DNA from: a virus
Lineage: Duplodnaviria; Caudoviricetes
Length of the DNA: 40,797 bases
Virus record (IMG/VR): IMGVR_UViG_3300005980_000007
Location: 1-40,797 of that record
Reading direction: 5' to 3' (one strand)
Each line of letters starts with the position of its first letter. The stretch's first letter is position 1. The position numbers and the translations under genes were made by a program. The notes beneath the pieces are model-generated. The model had not been told where the DNA came from, searched no databases, and saw nothing but the letters and a program-made list of their open reading frames with translations. Shown in pieces: positions 8,401 to 18,190 of the stretch.

Positions 8401-9513
8401 CTCAGAGGCCACAGCAGCAGCCCCCGAGTACATCGCACCTTGAGCAACCCGAGAGATGAGACGCGCCCCGGTTGCCCCTGGAATAGGCGTGTAGGTCAGC
8501 GGGTCCAGACCGGCCCCCGCAAACCCACCGACGATCTGAGCGCCTGTCCCTGCGTTCCCAATACGTTGTTCATACGCCATGTTCTCCTTTGCCATCGCAA
8601 TGGCGTTCGGGAGATTGGCCCGTTTGCCCTTGGCGTAGTCCTGCACGAAGCTGAAGTATTGAGGGTCCACACCCTCCTTACGAATCATGTCGTAATCGTC
8701 AGCGGTCCACTGAGAGGTATCGCTTGGGCTCACCCAGCCCAGCGGGTCATGGTCTTCCTGTGTCGCGTACCGGAACAGAGAGGCCATCGGTGAGGTAGCC
8801 AGGGAGGCCGCTGTGGCATCACCTGTGCCCTCGAAGGTGCCCTTTGCGGGCTTCCCAATGTGGTTCTCAAGGGTAATGAAGTCCTGCTGAGTCTGAGGGG
8901 CTGTGCCACCTTCCAGATTCATATTGCCCAACTGAGGGAGGTCCTGACCCACACGGACCTTAGAGCCTGCCGTCACACCCCGAGTAGCATCCTCAAAGCT
9001 GACGGCTTGGGCCTTTGGGTTGATGCCGGGATTGGTCACTCCTTGGGCATCGAACCATTGACGGGAAGGCGAATCACCGGACACGTCCAGCAGCTTGCGC
9101 ATGTAGTTCTGGCCCTCGGGACTGATCTTGGTGAAGTCACCTTGATCCAGTGCGGCCAACTGAGGGGAGCCCAAACGGCCCTGGCCTTGGTTGTATGCCA
9201 AAGCGGCCTTCAGCAAGTCACCCTGATAGGCGCCTTTGAGGTCCTTGAGGTGACGGCCAATCGCTGGGACTGCCTTCTGTGGGTCCATACGGTCTTCAGG
9301 GGTCATCAGACCGTAAGCCTTACCAGTCAGCTCTGTGAACTGTCCGAGACCCAAAGGGCCTGTAGGGGACTTGGCGTTGTTGTTAAAGCTCGACTCGTTG
9401 TAGATGAGCTTGTGCATGAACTCGTAGGGGATTTCATTACGGTCAGCCTCTTGTCGAATCATGGCGTCGTAGGGTGTCCCCTTGGCCTTCACAGATTCAT
9501 AGTCGTTACTCAT
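5464..9513 (-). CDS. gp16: Internal virion protein D (gp16) with N-terminal lytic transglycosylase
   Basis: 1349 aa; SLT motifs ESSFN, GLGQF, AYNQG; synteny. Confidence 0.95.
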   Translation of the reverse strand: MSNDYESVKAKGTPYDAMIRQEADRNEIPYEFMHKLIYNESSFNNNAKSPTGPLGLGQFTELTGKAYGLMTPEDRMDPQKAVPAIGRHLKDLKGAYQGDLLKAALAYNQGQGRLGSPQLAALDQGDFTKISPEGQNYMRKLLDVSGDSPSRQWFDAQGVTNPGINPKAQAVSFEDATRGVTAGSKVRVGQDLPQLGNMNLEGGTAPQTQQDFITLENHIGKPAKGTFEGTGDATAASLATSPMASLFRYATQEDHDPLGWVSPSDTSQWTADDYDMIRKEGVDPQYFSFVQDYAKGKRANLPNAIAMAKENMAYEQRIGNAGTGAQIVGGFAGAGLDPLTYTPIPGATGARLISRVAQGAMYSGAAAVASEGLRENITGIEGHYGTALVGGALFGAGATALFDKALRAAPREAPRLDVPDADLESILARHGESALPNERFDLHPDMEPDLNDFAGPSIRLEARETARQLGQDDPSRFPWLAGEEPKEAFGVSYVDHPNEPGAVRLQDGSILSADNPLNPKTLQDAMEVMPDDRAARGVTMGGFTEIGYTLNRSENPEILAIGNQLFRSPTGTISGSNGKFGATASDIIERIKGQDHVTYNKISDEVLEAIKDPSYAMTDGGRQAHIERAFRRVAEATEDLSGSKAAQLTAGEKKLMGTVKAHYDRKAEYLAAPAQFGNRNARAVLSGTRHAGSYIPNVYSSAAKNLNIQRFGGADGLRDAIKESWLSSYAARPHVKTRVDTHLKELAIAEGRVLEDKDLPAAVELYASNKAYGISHSDQFDRATLIDNSAEGLVGVENNNFLEGRHLFDSDMAVPLSDGSQFSVNDLREFDLARITPSYDRRVNGDIGIMGATGKTTKELKAQIAGVQKGKGTSQEVKALQDALNILTGRARRDPEGALATASRALADMSFFAKNAYMGVQSITEVAAMVTKGHTRMLLKGVPLLKEMTAWGSKIKAKDLADMHSMVFGRELDNHIRPTRQDIIQRLREQAETNPMLAQVVGSVKYTTQELSARSPFTKFLTESSNYIADAGRSGVLSDFVNHVVDGRASKLFEDTRLKSMSITPEQFAGMKDLIKTYVKKQPDGSYKITDRAAFQRDPRTMDLWRMGDKIADETILRPHKLSSVDTEAYGAGVKMAMQFKNFTMRSVNSRLIRGYHDATKNGRAIDQTMQAVLSTGLAVSGYVAMKYSQAAGMPKDQREKFLQQSLDPKMLAYAALSRSSHIGAPLGLVNIVAAPLGFDQAAAVRSSILPRGPKEQRPQGAMKYSPTKSEGFTGFLGRVSEQVPAIGTVASGYQMGFNSMGAAGTDSRRADQEYMTGVFNGLRGLVPNDPVSQKLLLMMMEGQGVEIR

Positions 9514-9533
9514 AGAGGTCTCCTTTATTCAGG

Positions 9534-11738
9534 TCATTGTTTGCGGGCACCTCCGAGGATGTACCGGTCGTGTAGCTCTTGATCTTTCTGCGCAGACTTC
9601 ACGTTCTTGTCGAAGGCCGCTTGTTTCTGCTGTGCAGCACGATCCCGTGCAAGGTTCCCGAGGGCATCCTTACTGAGTCGGAGTCGTCGCCCCGTAAGGG
9701 ACTGGATGATGATGTTGCCTTGGGTTGCAGTGACGGTTAGGCCACCCGCACCCCAGTCGGCGTCTTTACGCAGGTTCTGCATGGTCTCGTCGATGATCGA
9801 CTTGCCGGTCTCCCATGAAGTGACATCGTTTACGTCCGTCATGAGGTCCCGTTTACTGACCATCCCGTGGAAGCTGTTAGAGCTGAAGGTGCCCTTGTCG
9901 TCGGTGAATGACACAGCGGTTTTCTTCAGGTACTCCGAGACGGCACTTGCTGCTTCGTTGGAATCACCAGACCGCAATGTCACCGCATCGAATACCTGAC
10001 GGGCTTGGCTCTCGAATTGTCCAGGGATGAACTTCAGTTCCTTGTATCCGCTGTCGTTCTTGACGGAAGACCACTGCTCATCCCTAAATTTCGATTCGTC
10101 CTTGCTGAGGCCCTTTTTGGACTTCTCAGCGTCGATCAGAATCTGTGGATCGATGCCCGACTCTGCCGAATACCGAAGTTTCTCAAGGAGGCCCGCTTGA
10201 TCCGGGAAGAGCTGAGCAATGGTTGAAGGATCTTGCTGATAGGCAGCTTGCAGCTCCTTCAGGCGAGGCATGTCCGCAGTCGGCTCAGGGTTAAGCAAAG
10301 CGCCCTGCCACTCCCGAGAGGCGTCCGTTAAGAGGGTCTTGAAGTTCTCTTGAAACGGCCCCTTGTCGTAGTCAGCCCGAAGCAATGCAGCCTTCATTGC
10401 GGACTTGTTCTCTTCGGGGATGGACAAGGCGTTGATCTGATTCAGCTTGTTGGCTGCATAGGTCGCCATGTCACTCTCTTTGAACTCCCCGGTACTGTCA
10501 TTCACTGGGAGGAACTTAGGGGATACAGCGACGTTCTCCTGACTCATTCGGCGCGCGTAAGCGTCTTCGATTACAGCCTGTCGGTTGTCTGCCTGGGCAG
10601 CTTGTTGCAACTTCAAGAGACCCGCCTGTGAGTCCTGGGCCACCTTGGCAATCATCTGCTTCTTCGCGTCGATCAGCTTTTGACGTTGAGGCGTCATCTG
10701 CTCCCCCGTCTGAATCCAATCGTTCCCCTGCTCAAGTTTATTGAGAGCCTGCCAACCTGCCGCTGGGTCCACTTGATGCACTGCATTGGCAAGGCCAAGC
10801 TCGAACTCTTCGTTTCGCTTTGAGTTGCGCGTGTAGGTGGACGTAGCGGCCTTCATCTTCAGGTTGTCCATCATCTCAGGACCCAACAAGTCCGCGACCT
10901 TCCGCTGGCCCCCGTAGACGTTGATCGTCTTGTCTCCCAAGTTATCCAGCAGCGTCACGCCGCCGTCCTTCTCTACAGCCGAAGAGGCCACTCGCTGAAG
11001 AGCCTGAACCGCGTGGCCGTCACTCGGGAACACGCCGGTCTTGAGGTTATTATTGAAGTAGCTCGCAAAGTGTTCCGCGCTTGCAGGGTTTCCCAGGATC
11101 TTCGGGTCATCCAACATAGGCTGAAGGTCAGCTTGGGTCTCAAGTACCGCTTGGGTCTCAAGGTTCTTGGAGAGGTACTGTGAGTGCAGGTCGTAGACGG
11201 CAGCGTTGCGCTGAGTGATGTCCGCATTGAAACCTTGCTGGTACATGGTGTCATTAGGATCAATACCTGCCATCTCAGCGTAGTTCTTGGACTTCTGCTC
11301 CATGCGAGTTTGGCGCCACTCATCCAGCTCCTTACGGGATCGGAAAGACCCCTTCTGGATTTCCGTCTGGACCTCGTTATCCACCTCGTAGGCAGCGTTA
11401 CGGCCCGACTTGAGGCGCAGTTGCTGCATAGCGTCTGGATCATCTGCATAGAGCAAAGTCCCCTCCCCGATTGCCTGGCGCCGCTGCTCAGGGGTCAGCT
11501 TTCGGATAATCTCGTTTGAGCGCTCGTCTGCCTGAGACTTTCGGTTCTGCTCGTAGGAAGCAAAGGAATCCCCACCAGCTTTCACGAAGTTCCGCATGGC
11601 ATCCCCAAGGGAGGTGTCCAAGACGGGCTTAGCGATTCGTGCAGCCTGATAGCCTGTACCAGACCCCGCTCGGAAGCCTTGACGGCCCGCTGTTGTTTGG
11701 GCTGATTGGCCCAGTGCTTGTGCAATTTCATTAGCCAT
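9534..11738 (-). CDS. gp15: Internal virion protein C (gp15)
   Basis: ADERSNEIIRKLTPEQRR..GTLLY.DDP.AM motif; size and synteny. Confidence 0.94.
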   Translation of the reverse strand: MANEIAQALGQSAQTTAGRQGFRAGSGTGYQAARIAKPVLDTSLGDAMRNFVKAGGDSFASYEQNRKSQADERSNEIIRKLTPEQRRQAIGEGTLLYADDPDAMQQLRLKSGRNAAYEVDNEVQTEIQKGSFRSRKELDEWRQTRMEQKSKNYAEMAGIDPNDTMYQQGFNADITQRNAAVYDLHSQYLSKNLETQAVLETQADLQPMLDDPKILGNPASAEHFASYFNNNLKTGVFPSDGHAVQALQRVASSAVEKDGGVTLLDNLGDKTINVYGGQRKVADLLGPEMMDNLKMKAATSTYTRNSKRNEEFELGLANAVHQVDPAAGWQALNKLEQGNDWIQTGEQMTPQRQKLIDAKKQMIAKVAQDSQAGLLKLQQAAQADNRQAVIEDAYARRMSQENVAVSPKFLPVNDSTGEFKESDMATYAANKLNQINALSIPEENKSAMKAALLRADYDKGPFQENFKTLLTDASREWQGALLNPEPTADMPRLKELQAAYQQDPSTIAQLFPDQAGLLEKLRYSAESGIDPQILIDAEKSKKGLSKDESKFRDEQWSSVKNDSGYKELKFIPGQFESQARQVFDAVTLRSGDSNEAASAVSEYLKKTAVSFTDDKGTFSSNSFHGMVSKRDLMTDVNDVTSWETGKSIIDETMQNLRKDADWGAGGLTVTATQGNIIIQSLTGRRLRLSKDALGNLARDRAAQQKQAAFDKNVKSAQKDQELHDRYILGGARKQ

Positions 11739-12304
11739 TACGCTGTCTTACCTCCCGCTGGTGTCGTTGAGGCGCCCTTACCGAACTTGCCACCAGATGC
11801 CGTATAGGCACTGCCACCAGCCGATACGATATTCAGGGCGTTGGCGATGTTGTTCACCTTGTAGTTATTGCCACCTGCACCACGTACAGCAGCCTTAGAG
11901 TTCTCAGAGCTGCCCACACGATTCGCAAAGATCGACTGATAGTCACGCTCGTAGTTTTCAGTGATGTTCATCTTCTGCGCCGATGCATCATTGGCTACAG
12001 AGTTCTTGATCCGGTCCATGGAGTTGCCCGCAAGACCCGATTCGCCTACAGCAGCGTTGATGGTCCCTTGGTTACGAAGGGCCTGTAGGTTCACCTCAGT
12101 GAGCTGACGGCGGGCCTCATCGTGTTTATCCACGGTTGCAAGTTTCTGATCGTTCTCCGCGAAGTTCGCTTGCTTAACGATTTCGTTTTGAGACTTACGT
12201 TCGTTGTCTGTCATCTGGCCTTTAGCCTTGGCCCCCTCCGATGCACTCATTGCTGCACCAGCCACGGCGACAACCGCCAGACCGATGCTTACGGGTTCGC
12301 ACAT
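11738..12304 (-). CDS. gp14: Internal virion protein B (gp14)
   Basis: MCEPVS start, GTINAAVGESGLAGNSMDRI, ENYERDYQSIF. Confidence 0.92.
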   Translation of the reverse strand: MCEPVSIGLAVVAVAGAAMSASEGAKAKGQMTDNERKSQNEIVKQANFAENDQKLATVDKHDEARRQLTEVNLQALRNQGTINAAVGESGLAGNSMDRIKNSVANDASAQKMNITENYERDYQSIFANRVGSSENSKAAVRGAGGNNYKVNNIANALNIVSAGGSAYTASGGKFGKGASTTPAGGKTA

Positions 12305-12316
12305 AGCGCCGCCCTC

Positions 12317-12754
12317 CTATAGCCAGAATTGTTTAAAGGCAAATCCGGCAGGTGACATAAAGATGCCCTCGTTGAAGGAGGCTCCCAGCTTTGTCAGCAA
12401 GCGGATGTGTGCGTGGTTGTCCACAGAAACCCAGTTGGTTTTAGGACTCGGTGAGCGCTGCTTGACCCAATCAAGGTTCGCTTTAAGCAGGCGGTAAAAT
12501 TGGAAGCGTTCGGCTGGGGTCAGCATGTGGACCACATTGGTCGTCACGAACCAGATACCCAGCGCGGTATGCCCGCCTACTGCCAAGACCAGGGAGCCCA
12601 CGACGATTGCCTGGGCGTGTTCATCAATTGCTTCCGGGAGAACATCGCGGGGGTCTCTACCGGCTTTCATACAGTGAAACTCTTGAAGGTCCGAGGCGCA
12701 AAGGTCAGCAGCAGCAGCCTTTAAGTGGGCCTCAGTGGCCTTGATCAGTCGCAT
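12317..12754 (-). CDS. gp13: Internal virion / assembly protein A (gp13)
   Basis: Synteny; NWVSVDNHAHIRLLTKLGASF matches the family C-terminus. Confidence 0.85.
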   Translation of the reverse strand: MRLIKATEAHLKAAAADLCASDLQEFHCMKAGRDPRDVLPEAIDEHAQAIVVGSLVLAVGGHTALGIWFVTTNVVHMLTPAERFQFYRLLKANLDWVKQRSPSPKTNWVSVDNHAHIRLLTKLGASFNEGIFMSPAGFAFKQFWL

Positions 12755-12781
12755 AGATTCCTCCTTGTATTTGTTATCTCC

Positions 12782-15166
12782 TTACACGCCACTTGACCGG
12801 CGCATGTAGTTACCCTCCCAACCGCATCCGATGATGTTCAGAGGGACTGGTGCATAGGACGAAAGGGTTACGCTTTGAGCCTTGGCGTTGCCCGTGACTG
12901 GGAACTTGAATTGCCCTGTACCCAACGTGAGCCCGCCAAGAGTTGCTTCTGTGCCCAGGCGCCCACCTGCCATCACGTACACGAACTGTGTGGACCCATT
13001 GTTCACGTTGATTTCAAAGGCGCCCGAATTGTCGTAGTTCACCCATGCTCGCCGTAGCTGAAGACGCCCGATGTCCTCGGTATTGGTCGTACCGTCATCT
13101 GCTGTTTGCTTGATGAGGAACTTTGAGAACTCGTATTGAAAGCCGTATTCATGACCAACGATGAAAGTCGTACCCATGCGATTCCCGACTAACTTAATCC
13201 GGTCGTCCACATTCCAGTTGTCCGAGGTGTGGCGCTCTAAGACGCCCTGTGGGTCCAGGGTGTAGAACACTGAAAGGTGATCAGGAACACCGCCATAGAT
13301 GTCGCTCAGGCTCGCATAGGTCTCATTCCGGTCCTCGTCATACCGCGTAGGTGTCATCAGCTTCTTCATGTCCATGTAGGCCCGATAAGGCTCCTGCATG
13401 TAGTCCACGGTGTCTGCTGTGAACTCGATGCGCTCCAGGCACATACCAACACCTGCACGCTCATTCAGCAGGTACATATACGAACCAATACAGTCAGCCG
13501 CCAGGACCCGGTTGGTAATACCGAATTCCCAATGTGACCACGACTGCTGTACCAGCTCTTCCTTGAGGTAGAGGAACTTGTAGATGTAGACCTTGTTTTC
13601 TTCGGAATCCGAAAGGACGGAAACGAAGTTCTCAGTACCTGACCCGTGGATGTGATAGACCACGTTTTGCAGATAGCTTGGAACGTGCGAAGAGATGTCT
13701 TCTGCTGACTTAACGTCGCTCACATCCTGCACCGCGTAGTACCGCTTGAGGCTCGTATAGGCTGCTCTCGGTGCAGCGAAGTAAACACCCCGCCCAATCC
13801 CAAAAGGCCGTGCCCCATCGCTCACATCGAACTCTGTGGTTAGGTCCAACTGGGCCGTCTTGGTCGACATGATCCCCTGAGAGGACAGAACGAACTGGGC
13901 CTGATCGGACCACAACAGCAACTGTTCGGAGAACGGTACGGCGTACTTTAGGATGCTCACCCGGTTGTGGCTGATAGCTACGTCAATAGGGTCGTCGTCA
14001 CTAAGCGAGCTGACAGAGGCCGGGAAGAAGTTGAAATACTTCGAGGTCCTGGACATCACAACGTTTTCACCCGAGAGGAAACCTAAGCGGTTCCTGAAGA
14101 AGAAAATGTCGTTAATGGTCGCCTCTACAAACGAGGGCATGGGGTTCGTTAAGTCGTCCCCACAGGTTCTGTCAGGCCACGTTAAGGCTTTCCAGTCAAA
14201 CTGACCGTCAGCCGCTCGGACCAGGGCATGAGGCATAGACGTTGGTTCAAACCCGGTAATGATCCCCGGCTTGACAGTCTCCTTCCACACCTGCCCCGCT
14301 GAGTCATACCGAACCCAATAGTTATCCCCGGTGCGTGATGCCTCCCCTGTGATTTCCACGAGGTATCCGTCAATGCACTGAGCGGGCAACTTGGCGAACG
14401 TCTGGACCTGATAGATGAACGAGTTGAGCAGTTGGTTTGCGTAGCCGTCCTCGGTCTTCACGGTCTTAATGTCGTTCCCAGCGGCTGTCACAATGATCCA
14501 GCCTTGGCCCGCCTGTGCGGTGATCCCGCGAGAAGCGCCGTTAGTGTTGATCTGTGCGGCCATCTGAGTAGCGATGTAACCGGCATCCGTCTGCTCCACC
14601 TGGGGCGGGGTAGTCACCACAGAGTCACCCACGGGCATCTTCAGGATTGCCATCTGGACATCGTTGATGTGTATCTTCAGGGTTCGGCCGTATTGACCGC
14701 CTCTGACGTTGATTACACAGCGCCTCGTCATAGAACCGTAGTCGGCATGGGTCAGCGTGCTTTTCATTGCTGTCAGCTTGTTGCGGTTGGTAACGAACGT
14801 GTAGTCAGCGACGGTGATTAAGCGCAGGTCATTCCGTGGATGCTCACAGTTGGCATAACCGTTGTAGCCCCGGACGGTGTAGCGGTTCCCCTTGAGGTCC
14901 GCAACTTCAACGCCCTGCCCCGTGAACACCATAAAATACTGTTCGGATGCATCACGGTTCACGAGGTGGATTAGAGGCTTCGCGCCAAACATACCCACGG
15001 CACCCAAGCGCTTCACAAAGGTCGTCGGTGCGCGCTTCTGTAGACCTTCAGTTTCTGAAGACCATCCATTGATTTGTACCTTACCTTGGTTACTGAAGCG
15101 CAGAATGTCCGGCTGTTGCGATATACCTCCTTTAAGGTTCTTAACACTTTGGGAAACAAGACCCAT
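12782..15166 (-). CDS. gp12: Tail tubular protein B / nozzle (gp12)
   Basis: LVSQSVKNLKGGISQQPDILRF start; NDIFFFRNRLGFLSGENV; 794 aa. Confidence 0.97.
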   Translation of the reverse strand: MGLVSQSVKNLKGGISQQPDILRFSNQGKVQINGWSSETEGLQKRAPTTFVKRLGAVGMFGAKPLIHLVNRDASEQYFMVFTGQGVEVADLKGNRYTVRGYNGYANCEHPRNDLRLITVADYTFVTNRNKLTAMKSTLTHADYGSMTRRCVINVRGGQYGRTLKIHINDVQMAILKMPVGDSVVTTPPQVEQTDAGYIATQMAAQINTNGASRGITAQAGQGWIIVTAAGNDIKTVKTEDGYANQLLNSFIYQVQTFAKLPAQCIDGYLVEITGEASRTGDNYWVRYDSAGQVWKETVKPGIITGFEPTSMPHALVRAADGQFDWKALTWPDRTCGDDLTNPMPSFVEATINDIFFFRNRLGFLSGENVVMSRTSKYFNFFPASVSSLSDDDPIDVAISHNRVSILKYAVPFSEQLLLWSDQAQFVLSSQGIMSTKTAQLDLTTEFDVSDGARPFGIGRGVYFAAPRAAYTSLKRYYAVQDVSDVKSAEDISSHVPSYLQNVVYHIHGSGTENFVSVLSDSEENKVYIYKFLYLKEELVQQSWSHWEFGITNRVLAADCIGSYMYLLNERAGVGMCLERIEFTADTVDYMQEPYRAYMDMKKLMTPTRYDEDRNETYASLSDIYGGVPDHLSVFYTLDPQGVLERHTSDNWNVDDRIKLVGNRMGTTFIVGHEYGFQYEFSKFLIKQTADDGTTNTEDIGRLQLRRAWVNYDNSGAFEINVNNGSTQFVYVMAGGRLGTEATLGGLTLGTGQFKFPVTGNAKAQSVTLSSYAPVPLNIIGCGWEGNYMRRSSGV

Positions 15167-15190
15167 GTAGTGACCTCCTTGTTATTGGAA

Positions 15191-15769
15191 TTAACGGGAG
15201 ATTCGGCCACCAGTCCATGCGTCACCATCGAGCATGTTGTAGTTACCATAATCAAGTTCGTACTCCTGGCATTCAGCCCAGGCGGCTGCCTCCTGCTCCT
15301 GTAAAGAGCCCTCAATCTCACCGGCCCCAAAGAACCGAATATTGAAACGCCGGGAGGCCTTAGCGACGATGTAAGAGCGAAAACACTCAGGCATCTCTTG
15401 GTATTCCCGAAGGCGAACCAGGGCCACAGTTATGGGTGCCGTAAACACATCGCTCTTCGCTGTACGGTCGTATAGAAACCCACTGCGGTTTGAATAGTTT
15501 CCGGTGGTGATCTTTAGATAATCGCCGAGATAGTTAATGAGCCCCGAGAAAGTATCAGGGGTTAACGTTGCATCCTCTTCGATATTGAAAGCCCAGCCTT
15601 TAGACTGGACTTCACGATTTACCTGATTGAGTAAGCGACGACAGTTAGCCACATCAGCGTTAGGGTCCCCTTCCAGGGAACTAACAGGCGACTCGCCAAT
15701 AGCTGCAAGCATGTCATTAACTGCTGACAGCTCATCGTCGGACTCAATGAATGATTCAAGGCTTGCCAT
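15191..15769 (-). CDS. gp11: Tail tubular protein A / adaptor (gp11)
   Basis: [36 protein letters not shown]. Confidence 0.96.
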   Translation of the reverse strand: MASLESFIESDDELSAVNDMLAAIGESPVSSLEGDPNADVANCRRLLNQVNREVQSKGWAFNIEEDATLTPDTFSGLINYLGDYLKITTGNYSNRSGFLYDRTAKSDVFTAPITVALVRLREYQEMPECFRSYIVAKASRRFNIRFFGAGEIEGSLQEQEAAAWAECQEYELDYGNYNMLDGDAWTGGRISR

Positions 15770-15800
15770 TAGGCCCTCCTGAAGTTATGTGCAAGAAACA

Positions 15801-15843
15801 AAAAGCCCCTCGAACCCTTTAAGAAAACGGGATGAGGGGCTTT
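15801..15843 (-). terminator. Tphi-like terminator after capsid genes
   Basis: Minus strand AAAGCCCCTC...GAGGGGCTTT followed by TTGTTT, between gp10B and gp11. Confidence 0.8.
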
Positions 15844-15851
15844 AGGTGGTT

Positions 15852-16130
15852 TTAGGAAGCAGCAGGCACAGTCACTGCGCAGCTCTTAGAGAAAGAGCCA
15901 TCTACAGTTGTGCATGTAATCCCAGCGGTTCCTTGAGCAACGGCCGTAACGACTCCCGCAGAACTCACAGTAGCCACAGCTTCATTGCTGGACTTCCATG
16001 TGACAGAAGTATTAGTGGCCTCAGCAGGCGCAACGGTAGCCGTCAGAGACTTAGAGTTTCCGATTTGGAGAGTCATAGTCGCTTGGCTAAGCGTTACGCC
16101 AGTTACTGAGGTCAGGCCGCTGTGAAAACC
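15852..16130 (-). CDS. gp10B: Ig-like (Big_2-type) C-terminal extension of minor capsid protein gp10B, reached by -1 frameshift (predicted fusion 429 aa)
   Basis: Slippery G-GTT-TTC at 16130..16124; the -1 frame reads FHSGLTSVTGVTLSQATMTLQIG... without a stop into the ORF at 15852..16076. Confidence 0.85.
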   Translation of the reverse strand, partial: GFHSGLTSVTGVTLSQATMTLQIGNSKSLTATVAPAEATNTSVTWKSSNEAVATVSSAGVVTAVAQGTAGITCTTVDGSFSKSCAVTVPAAS

Positions 16131-17140
16131 AGTGCGCCAGCAGCTTCAGGACGCAGGCCACCGTGACCCATCGCGTAGCGACCAATGATCTGATCAGCCT
16201 GGAATTCAGGACGGCGGGCACGCTCCAGAGCCATATCTTTCAGCTTCACGGTGCCCACAGCCGAACGGTGGTTGAACAAAGCGACCACGTTATCCAGAGC
16301 TACCTGTACGTCACCGCCAGTTGTCTCAGGGAACGAGTGCTTACGGTTGGTGCCTTGACGGTCATCACCTGCACCGCCCTCAGTCAGGTGTGGTACTTCG
16401 ATGATCTCGAAGCCCATCACGTTCTTGATGTTGCCAGTTTCAGGATCGGTCAGCGCCGAGAAGTTGGCAGCGTTAGGCAGCAGTGCGGCCAAGATAGCGC
16501 TGTAGTATTCAGGCTTGGTATAGACCTTACGATCTTGAGCGGGCACATAGTTCCGGGTCAGTTTCGCACGGGCAACAGTAAGACCTTTCAGGATCGCTTT
16601 ACCCAGTGCCTCGGCGTCAGCTTCCAGAGTGGCCTTAGAGCCGATCTTCAGAACGGTCGCAGTGCCCAGGCCTTCGATGTTCTCGTTAGCAGCCGCTGGC
16701 AGGTTGCACAGCTTCGCCATCTCGGCCAATACGGCACCGTCAGCAGCGATAGCCAGAGCCTCACCCAGTTGAGCCGAATACTCAGCGCCGACATCGTAGT
16801 GGTTCATGGCGTTCTCAATATCGAAGATCAGAACGTCCGAAGCCAGCAGGCCGTCGATGGTGATTACTTTCTCAGCATGTTTGATGTCGCCGCGCTTATC
16901 GTCCAGGCTCTCACCTGCCGCAAGGTAGTAACCAGCAGTGCGGCCCATAACAGGGAACGAAGCGGACTTACCGTTTTGAATGGTGCGGACCATGTGTTTA
17001 TCCATGGTTACTGCACGACGCATGAAAGCAGTCAGAACTTCGCCACCGAAAACCTTTAGAAAGTTAGCAAGTTTGTCGGCATCGGTACTACCCTTACCTT
17101 GGTTCTTACCAATCTGTTGACCACCTTTTGCGTTTGCCAT
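16112..17140 (-). CDS. gp10A: Major capsid protein (gp10A)
   Basis: FLKVFGGEVLTAF..GKSASFPVMGRT..YAMGHGGLRPEAAGALVF. Confidence 0.98.
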   Translation of the reverse strand: MANAKGGQQIGKNQGKGSTDADKLANFLKVFGGEVLTAFMRRAVTMDKHMVRTIQNGKSASFPVMGRTAGYYLAAGESLDDKRGDIKHAEKVITIDGLLASDVLIFDIENAMNHYDVGAEYSAQLGEALAIAADGAVLAEMAKLCNLPAAANENIEGLGTATVLKIGSKATLEADAEALGKAILKGLTVARAKLTRNYVPAQDRKVYTKPEYYSAILAALLPNAANFSALTDPETGNIKNVMGFEIIEVPHLTEGGAGDDRQGTNRKHSFPETTGGDVQVALDNVVALFNHRSAVGTVKLKDMALERARRPEFQADQIIGRYAMGHGGLRPEAAGALVFTAA

Positions 17141-17208
17141 TTATAGTTCTCCTTATGCAGTTATCTCCGGGCACAGAAAGGCCTTCAGACGGATGTCCGA
17201 AAGTATCT

Positions 17209-17231
17209 TTCTGTTATAGTGGGGGTTTTAA
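17209..17231 (-). promoter_or_regulatory. Phage RNAP promoter (phi10-like) TTAAAACCCCCACTATA|ACAGAA
   Basis: Consensus motif upstream of capsid gene, followed by a 5' hairpin and TAAGGAG RBS. Confidence 0.88.
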
Positions 17232-17241
17232 ATCAGAGGCC

Positions 17242-18156
17242 TTACCAAGAGGCGGCAAGTACCTTATTACGAACTTCTTGAGTGTACTTAGCGTCTCGAC
17301 CATAGCGAGAATCGCCCATCGCTTTAACCATCTCAGTTTGAGACGCAAAGCCTTCAACTTGCTGTGCAGGGGTACGACCGGCAGGAGCAGCATTGCGGCG
17401 ATTCAAAGTTCGCTCTGGCTGCTTACCGAACTTCTTTGCCTGACTTGCCATGCCCAGGTTGATTACCGTTTGAACGGTGTTCAGGTCCCGGCGCTCAATG
17501 GCGTCATACAGCGAGTCCATAGACTTCGGAGAGTTGGCTTTCAGGTGGGCCACAACGCGGTCGAACTGTTCCTTGCCGCCTGCATACGCCACGATCTTGG
17601 AGACGTAGGCTTCTGCTACAGCTTCCTGCCCCTTCATGAACGAGTTGACGAAACCAGCCGAATAGCCAGCTTTAGCCAACTGCGCATACGAGTCGTCCGA
17701 GAGTTTCCCGTCAGCTTCGTATTCGTCTTCGATACGAGCCGCTACGTCAGCAGGGAGACCCGCTTTGATTGCCTGGGCGCGCATCTCATCGAAGCCCGTG
17801 GAGTATTCCTCAAGCTGCTGAGAGGCTTCGGTCAGTTCTTCATCAGGATCGCCAAGGGGCGTAAAGCCATCCTCACCCTGTTCGGGCTCAGCGCCGTCCG
17901 ACTCATCTTCACTTTCGGTGCCCTCTTCGTCTTCGCTGGCTTCCTCAGTGGACTCTTCGGTTTGCTCTTCAGAGTCATCCGCAAGGTCAATCGAGGTGTC
18001 GCCGTCACGGGTAGCCACGTCCAGGGCCAACATGTTCTGAGCGTGTTCAGCAGGATCGCTGGAAGACATCACAGCGCTATTCACGCCGAAGGACGCATAG
18101 ACGTCAGCGGATTGGTAAACGTGGCCCACGGCCAGAGCCAGCATGTTGAATCGCAT
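17242..18156 (-). CDS. gp9: Capsid scaffolding protein (gp9)
   Basis: ADVYASFGVNSAVM..HAQNMLALDVATRDGDTSI; acidic; synteny. Confidence 0.95.
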   Translation of the reverse strand: MRFNMLALAVGHVYQSADVYASFGVNSAVMSSSDPAEHAQNMLALDVATRDGDTSIDLADDSEEQTEESTEEASEDEEGTESEDESDGAEPEQGEDGFTPLGDPDEELTEASQQLEEYSTGFDEMRAQAIKAGLPADVAARIEDEYEADGKLSDDSYAQLAKAGYSAGFVNSFMKGQEAVAEAYVSKIVAYAGGKEQFDRVVAHLKANSPKSMDSLYDAIERRDLNTVQTVINLGMASQAKKFGKQPERTLNRRNAAPAGRTPAQQVEGFASQTEMVKAMGDSRYGRDAKYTQEVRNKVLAASW

Positions 18157-18190
18157 AGGGTCTCCTTAAATGTATTTTTGAGGTGTTCTG

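Noticed and set aside
15852-16076. 74-aa Ig-like ORF as an independent gene
   Set aside because: No good RBS, and the first strand of the domain lies upstream of the ATG; better explained as the gp10B frameshift extension.
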